DNA of 64,000 nt, taken from the NCBI GenBank assembly GCA_002269645.1, contig NIVC01001892.1, positions 124,001 to 188,000 on the forward strand, given 5' to 3'. The position numbers and the translations under genes were made by a program. The notes below the pieces were generated by a model, which was given only the letters and a program-made list of their open reading frames with translations, ran no database searches and was not told the origin of the DNA. Of the stretch, positions 12,518 to 24,298 are shown piece after piece. Position 1 is the first letter of the stretch. Each line of letters opens with the position of its first letter. The stretch is from Macrostomum lignano (taxonomy: Eukaryota).

Positions 12518-12911
12518 CTGGGGAATTCTCCTAGAGTTAATTAATGCACTTCTATTAACCGGAGTTAACAGTGTTCAATACCCCATGAATTCCCCCAGAT
12601 ATATCTCCCAGAAAATTGCTTCAGGGAATTAATTCCCTACCGACAATTCAGCCTAAAGTATTCTCTTCTGGGAATTCGTTGCACAAAATTCTCTTCAGGA
12701 AATTCCCTGTGCAGAATTCTCTTCTTGGAGATTCCCTACTAAGAAATAGCCCTGAGACATTGCTTTGAGAGAATTCCCTGTTGAAACTGTCAGCTAGTAA
12801 TTTCTTCATGAGAACTAATTCATTTCCGACAATTCCCTCCGGGTAATTCCCTCCCAAGAGTTCCCCTAAGTAAGAGCAGACAATTCCTAGAAGCGCAACG
12901 TAATCGATGCT

Positions 12912-13280
12912 GAGAATTCCCTCTCTAGAATTCCCTCTCTAGAATTCCCTTTCTAGAACCCCCTCTCTAGAATTCCCTTTCTAGAACTCCCTCTCTAGAA
13001 TTCCCTATCTAGAATTCCCTCTACAATTCCCTTTCTAGAATTCCCTCTCTAGAATCCCCTTTCTAGAATTCCCTCTCTAGAATTCCCTTTCTGGAACCCC
13101 CTCTCTAGAATTCCCTTTCTAGAACTCCCTCTCTAGAATTCCCTATCTAGAATTCCCTCTACAATTCCCTTTCTAGAACTCCCTCTCTAGAATTCCCTCT
13201 CTAGAATTCCCTTTCTAGAACTCCCTCTCTAGAATTCCCTTTCTAGAACTCCCTCTCTAGAGTTCCCTCTCTAGAATTCC
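12912..13280 (+). repeat. ~16-bp tandem repeat
   Basis: CTAGAATTCCCTCTCT / CTAGAATTCCCTTTCT, preceded by degenerate GAATTCCC copies from about 12530. Confidence 0.9.
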
Positions 13281-13870
13281 CTCCAAAAACCTCCAGCTGA
13301 AAATCATCCTAAAATTGCCCCTGAGAATTCTCTCCCAAGAAGGCACCCAGCAAAAATTCAATAGAAGAATACCCCTAGTGAAAATTCCCTCGTTTAAAAA
13401 TTCCTTCTGCCGAGAACTCTGCTGAAAAATGAGCGCTTTCATTCTAAACAATATTTTTGCGTAACCAGACAACAGAATTTTCAATAAAAAGAACGAATAA
13501 TGCATACATATGAATTTATTTTTTTGTTCAATCTCTTAAAACTTCATAATAATAATCCGGCCCGGCCCTCTCCCCTCTCCTCTCTCCCTGTACTTCCGCT
13601 TCTCTCTTCTCTTCCCTGGTTATCTTTTCTCCTATTGATTTTCTCATGCCATCTCTCTCTCCTAACCTAACCTAAATCCTATTCTTAATGATCCCTACAA
13701 CAGAAAAACAAGCAAGTAAGTGAACAACAGATGTCAATGAAACCATGCATCGCTTTATTTGCAATGAATTTCCCTCAACGGGAAATTTTGGGCTGCGTCA
13801 CAAAGTATTTGGATCAGGTCCCGGCCTTCCCAGAGACCATCATCCGTTGACGTAAACTACCCTTCAGGCC

Positions 13871-14228
13871 TAGGGGGGCCGTAGCCCAGCGGTAGCGCAG
13901 CTGCTCTGGTATGCCAGCGGCCCAGGCTCGATTCCAAGTGCAGCCACATTAATTTGGGGCTGAATTGGAATCTCGGCTTGGCTCTGCTCGTGCAATTAAC
14001 GGCCTTGAGAGCCAACCCCCCAAGGCACAGAAGTGTACATGCCTAACGATAATATAAAGTTAGGGCCGCTGTACACTCCTGTGTGAGTGTGTGCCTGCGT
14101 ACGTATCCGCGCGCTTGTATGCCTGCTCAGGGGAGTCGGCGGAATGGGCAGTAATGCCTCTCGCCGGTTGTGTGCCTATGTCGCTTAAAGTGCGCCAGGG
14201 TGCACACAACCCCCCTGCCTCTAAAAAA
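13871..14228 (+). mobile_element. tRNA-derived SINE with A tail and 12-bp target-site duplication
   Basis: Head GGGGCCGTAGCCCAGCGGTAG (A box) ... GGCTCGATTCC (B box). The 3' end is an A7 run. Identical ACCCTTCAGGCC flanks lie at 13859-13870 and 14229-14240. Confidence 0.85.
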
Positions 14229-14240
14229 ACCCTTCAGGCC

Positions 14241-14650
14241 GGGCCGCTGTAGGCAACCGTGAGATCGATAGCATCTCTGGATTGCCTTGGCCCCCGCACC
14301 CCAGGTGGGAGCCAGAGTTCCTCACTGGACAAAGACAGTCGATACCTACTCAGTTGTGAAGGCTTGTATGAGGGTGCAGCTATTGTATCTGGCTGAGATT
14401 CTCAACGTGTCTGCGTTAAAATTTCGCGGCTCTCCGAAATCTTTGCAATGCCTTTTCATTTTTTGAAGGATGTGGGAAAATCTATAATTGTTGTTCTCAA
14501 GTTCTTGTCCTTCATCGCTACGACTCTGGGTTTGCTCAGAACGAAGCCTAAATATGGAACCTTATCTGCAGCACGCGCTGCTTTCTTGCGCAGTATTTTA
14601 AACAATTCTTCCATGAGGCCCTCTGCACTTCGTCGAGCGTGCTAGCTGTT
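14241..14650 (-). mobile_element. Possible decayed Ty3/gypsy-type reverse transcriptase fragment
   Basis: Minus-strand translation pieces ASTLDEV..LMEELFKILRK...DKVPYLGFVLSK...TIIDFPT resemble the RT C-terminal pattern (S.T.EEH..L..V...LR...V.YLG..IS...I..FP.P). It contains frameshifts and stops. Confidence 0.35.
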
Positions 14651-14894
14651 GCCTACTCATAAATGCTACTATAAGTAGAGTAAATCAGACAGTAGCAGTA
14701 AAATTGAAACTATAAATCATGTTATTATTGAATGACGTAAGAGACCAATCATGATTAACTTTTTTGTGTAAACAATGAATGACATCAAAAAGGTAAACAG
14801 TGTCTCCGACTCTCCACTTCTACTCCGTTCGCTTCCTTCACAATGCTGGGCTGCACACCGCTAATTTTACCCGGCAAGAGCTCAGAATTCACTA

Positions 14895-15355
14895 ACAAAC
14901 AAACAAACTAACTAACTAACCAACTAACTAACCAACTAACTAACTAACTAACTAACTGACTGACTAACTAACTAACTAACTAACTGACTAACTAACTAAC
15001 TAACTAACTAACTGACTGACTAACTGACTAACTACCTAACTAACTAACTAACTAACTGACTGACTAACTAACTAACTAACTAACTGACTGACTAACTAAC
15101 TAACTGACTAACTAACTGACTAACTAACTAACTGACTGACTGACTAACTGACTAACTACCTAACTAACTAACTAACTGACTGACTGACTGACTGACTAAC
15201 TGACTAACTACCTAACTAACTAACTAACTAACTGACTGACTAACTAACTAACTAACTAACTGACTGACTAACTAACTAACTGACTAACTAACTAACTAAC
15301 TAACTAACTGACTGACTAACTGACTAACTACCTAACTAACTAACTAACTAACTAG

Positions 15356-15398
<43 letters not shown>

Positions 15399-15408
15399 GC
15401 TAACTGAC

Positions 15409-15469
<61 letters not shown>

Positions 15470-15698
15470 GACTAACTGACTAACTACCTAACTAACTAAC
15501 TAACTAACTAACTAACTGACTGACTGACTAACTGACTAACTACCTAACTGACTGACTAACTAACTGACTAACTAACTGACTAACTAACTAACTAACTAAC
15601 TAACTAATTGACTGACTAACTGACTAACTACCTAACTAACTAACTAACTGACTGACTAACTGACTAACTACCTAACTAGCTAACTAACTAACTGACTG

Positions 15699-15733
<35 letters not shown>

Positions 15734-15778
15734 GACTAACTAACTAACTAACTGACTAACTAACTGACTAACTAACTG

Positions 15779-15809
<31 letters not shown>

Positions 15810-16002
15810 GACTGACTAACTGACTAACTACCTAACTAACTAACTAACTAACTGACTGACTAACTGACTAACTACCTAACTAGCTAACTAACTAACTGAC
15901 TGACTAACTAACTAACTGACTAACTAACTAACTGACTGACTGACTAACTGACTAACTACCTAACTAACTAACTAACTAGCTAACTGACTAACTAACTGAC
16001 TG

Positions 16003-16063
<61 letters not shown>
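14895..16063 (+). repeat. (CTAA)n/(CTGA) microsatellite, about 1.17 kb
   Basis: Direct reading, with recurring CTACCTAA interruptions. Confidence 0.97.
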
Positions 16064-16064
<1 letters not shown>

Positions 16065-16509
16065 GAATTAAATAACCAAAGAATTAAATCCCTGGGCCAC
16101 AATAGCCTGTCGCTCGTGCATGGATCTGTGCCCGCGACCTTTCTCTGTGCCCGTGAGGTTCAGGCGCACTACGGGCGAACACACGTGCAGGGCGCAGAGT
16201 AGCGCAGTACATACGACTGGCAAGGAGAAGTCTGGATTGCCGTCCACTCTGTGTGCACGTGCGCGAGCGTGGGAGGCGTGGGAGGCGTTGGAGCCGTGGG
16301 AAGACTCATTCAGCCAGCTGGCAATGAAAGTGCAGATGCGAATCGGATGGCAACACTACCGTCACTAAGGCGTCACTACCAATGTCATCTCGAAATTAAT
16401 AAATTAAATTGATTTTGGCTGCTGGCAGACAGCATCATTAGGGGGGGGGGGGCTCGAGGTTCAACAAGTCCGTCTGGCCGGGTTCCCTACAAACGCGAAA
16501 ACATGCCGC

Positions 16510-17410
16510 CAGAAACCCAGCCCTAACCCAAGCGTCAGTAGAAACCCAGTCCTAACCCAAGCGTCAGTAGAAACCCAGTCCTAACCCAAGCGTCAGTAGA
16601 AACCCAGCCCTAACCCAAGCGTCAGTAGAAACCCAGTCCTAACCCAAGCGTCAGTAGAAACCCAGCCCTAACCCAAGCGTCAGTAGAAACCCAGCCCTAA
16701 CCCAAGCGTCAGTAGAAACCCAGCCCTAACCCAAGCGTCAGTAGAAACCCAGCCCTAACCCAAGCGTCAGTAGAAACCCAGCCCTAACCCAAGCGTCAGT
16801 AGAAACCCAGTCCTAACCCAAGCGTCAGTAGAAACCCAGTCCTAACCCAAGCGTCAGTAGAAACCCAGTCCTAACCCAAGCGTCAGTAGAAACCCAGTCC
16901 TAACCCAAGCGTCAGTAGAAACCCAGCCCTAACCCAAGCGTCAGTAGAAACCCAGCCCTAACCCAAGCGTCAGTAGAAACCCAGCCCTAACCCAAGCGTC
17001 AGTAGAAACCCAGTCCTAACCCAAGCGTCAGTAGAAACCCAGTCCTAACCCAAGCGTCAGTAGAAACCCAGCCCTAACCCAAGCGTCAGTAGAAACCCAG
17101 TCCTAACCCAAGCGTCAGTAGAAACCCAGTCCTAACCCAAGCGTCAGTAGAAACCCAGCCCTAACCCAAGCGTCAGTAGAAACCCAGCCCTAACCCAAGC
17201 GTCAGTAGAAACCCAGCCCTAACCCAAGCGTCAGTAGAAACCCAGCCCTAACCCAAGCGTCAGTAGAAACCCAGCCCTAACCCAAGCGTCAGTAGAAACC
17301 CAGCCCTAACCCAAGCGTCAGTAGAAACCCAGCCCTAACCCAAGCGTCAGTAGAAACCCAGTCCTAACCCAAGCGTCAGTAGAAACCCAGCCCTAACCCA
17401 AGCGTCAGTA
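16510..17410 (+). repeat. 29-bp minisatellite, about 31 units
   Basis: AGAAACCCAG(C/T)CCTAACCCAAGCGTCAGT. It ends about 20 bp upstream of the ATG at 17431. Confidence 0.97.
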
Positions 17411-17430
17411 GTTGAACAACTGGCAGCCAG

Positions 17431-19570
17431 ATGCCCTCCCGTCACAACAGAAGAGTTTTTAATATCTTAATTGAAATTCTGTGCTGTACAGCAGGTAAGT
17501 CCCGGCTCACACTGCACCTGCAGCAATAGCCACTTCTCACACCAACCCGAACTGACACCTCAGCTCACTCTGCACCTGCAGCAAAAGCCACATCTCACAC
17601 CAACCCGAACTGACGCCTCAGCGAGTTCGGCAGAGGCTGGCATCACCGGGCTGCACCTGCACGCGGGTCCGCCAAGGCCGCAGAAGAGGCCGCAGGCAAG
17701 TCGCTGGGCCACTGCGCCGCTCTATGCGTCAAGCTGCAGTGCGCGCTGCTCAGCTTCAACCAGCGGGCCCGCCTCTGCCAGCTCTATCATCTTCTATCAG
17801 ACCGAGAGCGACGGCTGCAGCCGGGACGGAGCAACCGTGGGAGGCGCTGAAGGCGACGAGGTGTGGGTGACTGAGCAGTTCCGAGTGCTGATGAGACAGC
17901 AGACGGAGGTCTCCACGGCTGCTCCGCAGCAGGTGGTGGCCAACGACACGCAGTTCCTCAGTGAGTGAGAAAGTGGACCTGCTTCGCCCCCCACCCCGAC
18001 ACTTTGCAGACCCGCACGAAGGTGCCGCAGGGTCCGTGCGGCCCCACCCCGACACTCTGCAGACCCGCACGAAGGTTCCGCAGGGTCCGTGCGGCCCCAC
18101 CCCGACACTTTGCAGACCCGCACGAAGGTGCCGCAGGGTCCGTGCGGCCCCACCCCGACACTTTGCAGACCCGCACGAAGGTTCCGCAGGGTCCGTGCGG
18201 CCCCACCCCGACACTTTGCAGACCCGCACGAAGGTGCCGCAGGGTCCGTGCGGCCCCACCCCGACACTTTGCAGACCCGCACGAAGGTTCCGCAGGGTCC
18301 GTGCGGCCCCACCCCGACACTTTGCAGACCCGCACGAAGGTGCCGCAGGGTCCGTGCGGCCCCACCCCGACACTTTGCAGACCCGCACGAAGGTTCCGCA
18401 GGGTCCGTGCGGCCCCACCCCGACACTTTGCAGACCCGCACGAAGGTGCCGCAGGGTCCGTGCGGCCCCACCCCGACACTTTGCAGACCCGCACGAAGGT
18501 GCCGCAGGGTCCGTGCGGCCCCACCCCGACACTTTGCAGACCCGCACGAAGGTGCCGCAGGGTCCGTGCGGCCCCACCCCGACACTTTGCAGACCCGCAC
18601 GAAGGTGCCGCAGGGTCCGTGCGGCCCCACCCCGACACTTTGCAGACCCGCACGAAGGTGCCGCAGGGTCCGTGCGGCCCCACCCCGACACTTTGCAGAC
18701 CCGCACGAAGGTGCCGCAGGGTCCGTGCGGCCCCACCCCGACACTTTGCAGACCCGCACGAAGGTGCCGCAGGGTCCGTGCGGCCCCACCCCGACACTTT
18801 GCAGACTCGCACGAAGGTCCCGCAGGGTCCGTGCAGGCCGCAGACCGGCTGCTACCGCATCGAAGCGCTCGGAGCCAGCGGCGGCTCCATCAACTGCCAG
18901 ACCGTCGACCCCGGGCCAGAGCTGTACGAAGGAGGTCGCGGTGCCCGCATCGCCGGGTTCTTCAAACTCTCGGCCGGCACCGTGCTGACCGTTGTTGTTG
19001 GCCAGCGGGGCAGGAGCAGCTCGCATGCCAGCCCGGCCTGCTCTGACAACTGCGTATCCGGCGGAGGCTCCTTCGTGTACACCGAGGCGGAGCTGCTCCT
19101 GGCTGCTGGTGGCGGAGGAGGCGCAGCGGTGTACTTTGCAGGTAACAGCCAAGGGTCACGTACGAGTTCTTGAACAACCTGTGTGCACAGGGGCCAGGAC
19201 CGGTGCTCGAACCCCCCAACCCACCGCAGGCATCGACGGTCAGGGCGGACCGAACGGCATCGACTCCACCGGCATGAACTTCCTGGGCCGGCTGGGTCCT
19301 CAGCTCGAGCGCCCGGGGACTTGGCGGCGGAAACCGCGGCGACGGCTGGGTCGGCGGCGGCAACACCGGGGCTTCGGCGGTGGAGGCGGCGGATTCCAGA
19401 CGACATCCTCTGCCGGCGCTAGCGGCTTCGACAGCGGCCAGGCGGGAGGCGGCGGCGGCTCCTTCTGCGCCGGCGCTGGCTGCAACGCCACCAGTGGCGG
19501 CAACTCGGCCGGGTCGCACGGTCGGGTCCTGGTGGCGCCAGTCGGGTCCTACGAATGCGACAGAGCCTGA
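17431..19570 (+). pseudogene. Secreted PAN/apple-like + ALK/LTK-type glycine-rich domain gene with several frame disruptions
   Basis: Exon 17431-17494 (MPSRHNRRVFNILIEILCCTA, gtaagt donor). Exon 17622-17960 carries the PAN-like motif SLGHCAALCVKLQCALLSFNQRARLCQL in a shifted frame. After the array comes PQTGCYRIEALGASGG...GGRGARIAGFF.L..G..L...VGQRG...GGGSFV...LLLAAGGGGGA, then a 49-nt intron (19142-19190) and GFGGGGGG...GGGGGSF, with the stop at 19568-19570. Confidence 0.7.
17989..18830 (+). repeat. 53-bp tandem array, 16 copies of a 3' splice site plus exon start
   Basis: Unit ACCCGCACGAAGGTGCCGCAGGGTCCGTGCGGCCCCACCCCGACACTTTGCAG. The TGCAG ends at 18009 + 53n, up to 18804. Confidence 0.95.
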
Positions 19571-19634
19571 CTTCAGTCAGGAAACGAGCTGCGGCTGTGC
19601 TTAAGAGACAGTAACGGCACTCACTGGCTTTAGT

Positions 19635-20425
19635 AGGCTGAAACTACCCGCTGATGACTCCTTCAGTAGGCTGAAGATACCTGCTGATGACTCCTTCAGT
19701 AGGCTGAAGATACCTGCTGATGAGTCCTTCAGTAGGCTGAAGATACCTGCTGATGACCCTTCAGTAGGCTGAAGATACCTGCTGATGACTCCTCCTACAG
19801 TAGGCTGAAGATACCTGCTGATGACTCCTCCTACAGTAGGCTGAAGATACCTGCTGATGACTCCTTCAGTAGGCTGAAGATACCTGCTGATGACTCCTTC
19901 AGTAGGCTGAAGATACCTGCTGATGACTCCTTCAGTAGGCTGAAGATACCTGCTGATGACTCCTTCAGTAGGCTGAAGATACCTGCTGATGACTCCTTCA
20001 GTAGGCTGAAGATACCTGCTGATGACTCCTTCAGTAGGCTGAAGATACCTGCTGATGACTCCTCCTACAGTAGGCTGAAGATACCTGCTGATGACTCCTT
20101 CAGTAGGCTGAAGATACCTGCTGATGACTCCTCCTACAGTAGGCTGAAGATACCTGCTGATGACTCCTTCAGTAGGCTGAAGATACCTGCTGATGACCCT
20201 TCAGTAGGCTGAAGATACCTGCTGATGACTCCTCCTACAGTAGGCTGAAGATACCTGCTGATGACTCCTTCAGTAGGCTGAAGATGAAGATACCTGCTGA
20301 TGACTCCTTCAGTAGGCTGAAGATGAAGATACCTGCTGATGACTCCTTCAGTAGGCTGAAGATACCTGCTGATGACTTCTTCAGTAGGCTGAAGATACCT
20401 GCTGATGACTTCTTCAGTAGGCTGA
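19635..20425 (+). repeat. 33-bp minisatellite with internal hairpin
   Basis: GACTCCTTCAGTAGGCTGAAGATACCTGCTGAT, containing the palindrome CTTCAG-TAGG-CTGAAG. There are +3 and +6 variants and no spacers. Confidence 0.95.
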
Positions 20426-20789
20426 CGCGGAAGCTAATATTAAAATTACTAAAATAAAAAGCACGATCAAGTCTGCCAATATCTTTTAGAGCAAAGTTTG
20501 TTCAAGAAACTGAATGGATATAATATAATGTGTTTATTAAAGGTGCAACTGCACTTCCCTCAACTGGATGCCACTCAAGTGCGAGCAGCTGTTTCCAAAA
20601 AATGGAAGTGAAGGCGGACTTGCAGGAATAATATTTATTAAAATAAGGAAACGCTTCTGTAGGTGCAGGCGGCCAGGCCATATGCAAATAAAAAGTATAA
20701 AAACAAAGTACAGGTTCGCCCCCTCTTGAAATAAGAGGGTAAAAGACTGTTAGCTCTGTGGCTCACTGGGTCGTGTTAGTGGGTTCAAT

Positions 20790-21540
20790 AGGTCAGTGTC
20801 AGTGGGTCACTGGGTCAGTGTCAGTGGGTCAATGGGTCAGTGTCAGTGTCAGTGGGTCAATAGGTCAGTGTCAGTGGGTCAATGGATCAGTGTCAGTGGG
20901 TCAATGGGTCAGTGTCAGTGGGTCAATGGGTCAGTGTCAGTGGGTCAATGGGTCAGTGTCAGTGGGTCAATAGGTCAGTGTCAGTAAGTCAAGGAGCCAG
21001 TGTCAGTAAGTCAAGGAGCCAGTGTCAGTAAGTCAAGGAGCCAGTGTCAGTAAGTCAAGGAGCCAGTGTCAGTAAGTCAAGGAGCCAGTGTCAGTAAGTC
21101 AAGGAGCCAGTGTCAGTAAGTCAAGGAGCCAGTGTCAGTAAGTCAAGGAGCCAGTGTCAGTAAGTCAAGGAGCCAGTGTCAGTAAGTCAAGGAGCCAGTG
21201 TCAGTAAGTCAAGGAGCCAGTGTCAGTAAGTCAAGGAGCCAGTGTCAGTAAACCAAGGAGCCAGTGTCAGTAAGTCAAGGAGCCAGTGTCAGTAAGTCAA
21301 GGAGCCAGTGTCAGTAAACCAAGGAGCCAGTGTCAGTAAGTCAAGGAGCCAGTGTCAGTAAGTCAAGGAGCCAGTGTCAGTAAGTCAAGGAGCCAGTGTC
21401 AGTAAGTCAAGGAGCCAGTGTCAGTAAGTCAAGGAGCCAGTGTCAGTAAGTCAAGGAGCCAGTGTCAGTAAGTCAAGGAGCCAGTGTCAGTAAGTCAAGG
21501 AGCCAGTGTCAGTAAGTCAAGGAGCCAGTGTCAGTGGGTC
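20790..21540 (+). repeat. GTCAGTGG(GTCAATGG) repeat grading into a 22-bp array
   Basis: GTCAGTAAGTCAAGGAGCCAGT, about 25 copies, from about 20977. Confidence 0.95.
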
Positions 21541-22074
21541 AATTGGTCAGTGGGTCAGAGTTAGTGATTCAATGGGTGAGAGGGTCAGCGTTAGTAGGTC
21601 AATGGGTCAGTATTGCACACAGTCAAACAGCGGAGATCAAGAGGTCGATAAGCCCAGTACACCGTAGCTAGCTACTGTCAGTAGTCAGTCAAGCGCAGTC
21701 TACTTAAAGAAAAGTAAAAAACAGGTACAAACTACAATTTATATCAGCAGTGGAAGCGCTAATTGCTTCAATTAAGTAGGCTGTCAAGTCAGTTAGCGAT
21801 CAGGCAAAAGCTATAATCACCGCGCATCGTTGGAGTAATAAAACTAACCGTTTAAAAAGTCGATGCCAAAAAATCAAAGAAACAAAAAATAAGTTTATAA
21901 ACTGATATACTACTGACAGTTATGTACTTACTAGTAGGAAATATGGCACAAGTGGTGGCTGGAGAGTTCATTCAGTTTAGTAATGTAACTGATGTTTTGA
22001 GCACTTTGTTTAATAAATCAAGCAGCAAGCGCTTCGGTCTGTGAGTGGGACTCTGTTGTGGGATAGTGTAGGGA

Positions 22075-22545
22075 AGCTATGGTGTGGGTCTCTATGGTGT
22101 GGGACTCTATGGTGTGGGACTCTATGGTGTGGGACTCTATGGTGTGGGACTCTATGGTGTGGGACTCTATGGTGTGGGACTCTATGGTGCAGGACTCTAT
22201 GGTGTGGGACTCTATGGTGTGGGACTCTATGGTGTGGGACTCTATGGTGTGGGACTCTATGGTGTGGGACTCTATGGTGTGGGACTCTATGGTGTGGGAC
22301 TCTATGGTGTGGGACTCTATGGTGTGGGACTCTATGGTGTGGGACTCTATGGTGTGGGACTCTATGATGTGGGACTCTATGATGTGGGACTATGGTGTGG
22401 GACTCTATGGTGTGGGACTCTACGGTGTGGGACTCTATGGTGTGGGACTCTATGGTGTGGGACTCTATGGTGTGGGACTCTACGGTGTGGGACTCTATGG
22501 TGTGGGACTCTATGGTGTGGGACTCTATGGTGTGGGACTCTACGG
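22075..22545 (+). repeat. 15-bp minisatellite
   Basis: CTCTATGGTGTGGGA, about 31 copies. Confidence 0.95.
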
Positions 22546-22767
22546 TGACTCCAGACGAAGCGGCAAATTCAGCATACAGAACAGAAGTGCATAAAATGAA
22601 GCTCAACCCGATAAAACAGAGGGAAACCCAGCAACGGAAACAAAACAAAGTCCAAAAGTTCAGAATTGCGTCACCAGTCTATAAATTAGAAAATTTGCAG
22701 CAAGCTTAGCTGCTAACACCTGGTTTACCCTCAAACCTGGCCGAAATGTTTAATTCCTTGCTTGAGC

Positions 22768-23700
22768 TCAGTATACAAAATTCTTTGAGCTGTCGGAATT
22801 TCCACTGCCAAACTCCTCCGTGGGGAGCAGCTTGTAGGTGCTGTCGCTGCCGCCACCGCCGCCGCTGCCGCCGGAAGTCCGCCGGGCAGTGCCGGACCGG
22901 CGGCCCTCAACGATAAAGCCGACAATCTGAGGGATGATTTTGGGTCACCTGACTAACCGCACCAGATATGCTGGATTGATGAATTTGCTCGTAAATCTTT
23001 TTAATTTCGATGATTTGATTATTATATACTACTCAATTGTCATCAGTAGTAGAATTAGAAATTGTTTTGACATAAACGTGATAGTAAATTAAATTTTCTA
23101 ACTAATATCTCCCCATTCGCACCCATGGACAGAATTGCCTTAGCACTGTTGTGGGGCTTTTCTACAATATTATTAACTCTACTTAAACTTTCAAGCTTAA
23201 CTTCCCTATTTAATTCAAGAAGCCAAATTTGATGCCACAATGCCCTTCAAAATGCATAAAAACCGTCTGTTTTACTTTGAGAAAAGAATATCTTAGGCCG
23301 TGATGACAGAGAGTTTTTGAAATATGAGTACGTCTTTATTGCGTTTCGAAGCGGCACTGGGCCTTCAAAAAAGTATCACGCCCTGTTTCCACCAGTAGCC
23401 CTTGGTTCGTTTCCCTACGCGGCCACGTTAATCTGCTGGTTCGGGGTCGCTTCACAAGCTCGAAAATTCACAACCTCGAAAAGCATTTCCTTTCACAAAC
23501 CCAAAACTTCACAAGCTCGAAATTTCACAAGCTCGAAATTTCATATCCTCGAAACTGTGGGTTAAGCTCAGACAGACAGACAGACAGCCAAACAGACAGA
23601 CAGACAGACAGGCAGACAGACACACAGACAGACAGACAGACAGACAGACAGCCAAACAGACAGACAGACAGACAGATAGACAGACAGACAGACAGACAGC

Positions 23701-23746
<46 letters not shown>

Positions 23747-23776
23747 CTAAGACAGACACTAAGACAGACAGACAGC

Positions 23777-23818
<42 letters not shown>

Positions 23819-23856
23819 CACAGACAGACAGACAGACACTAAGACAGACAGACAGC

Positions 23857-23914
<58 letters not shown>

Positions 23915-23989
23915 CTAAGACAGACAGACAGACACACAGACAGACAGACAGACAGACAGACACTAAGACAGACAGACAGACAGACACTA

Positions 23990-24030
<41 letters not shown>

Positions 24031-24033
24031 CTA

Positions 24034-24074
<41 letters not shown>

Positions 24075-24077
24075 CTC

Positions 24078-24122
<45 letters not shown>

Positions 24123-24125
24123 CTA

Positions 24126-24206
<81 letters not shown>

Positions 24207-24209
24207 CTA

Positions 24210-24250
<41 letters not shown>

Positions 24251-24253
24251 CTA

Positions 24254-24298
<45 letters not shown>

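Noticed and set aside
13871-13950. Functional tRNA gene
   Set aside because: The acceptor and anticodon stems are imperfect, and it continues into a body, an A tail and a TSD, so I treated it as a SINE head.
14895-16063. (ACTAAC)n as an RNA-binding-protein sponge (QKI/SF1 motif)
   Set aside because: The motif is an automatic consequence of a CTAA microsatellite, and there is no evidence of transcription.
16510-17410. CCCTAA-containing array as interstitial telomere
   Set aside because: There is only one hexamer per 29-bp unit, and in about half the units it is TCCTAA. It is not a (TTAGGG)n tract.
19635-20425. 33-bp hairpin-containing repeat resembling a CRISPR direct repeat
   Set aside because: The units are head-to-tail with no unique spacers, there are no cas genes, and the context is eukaryotic and intron-containing.
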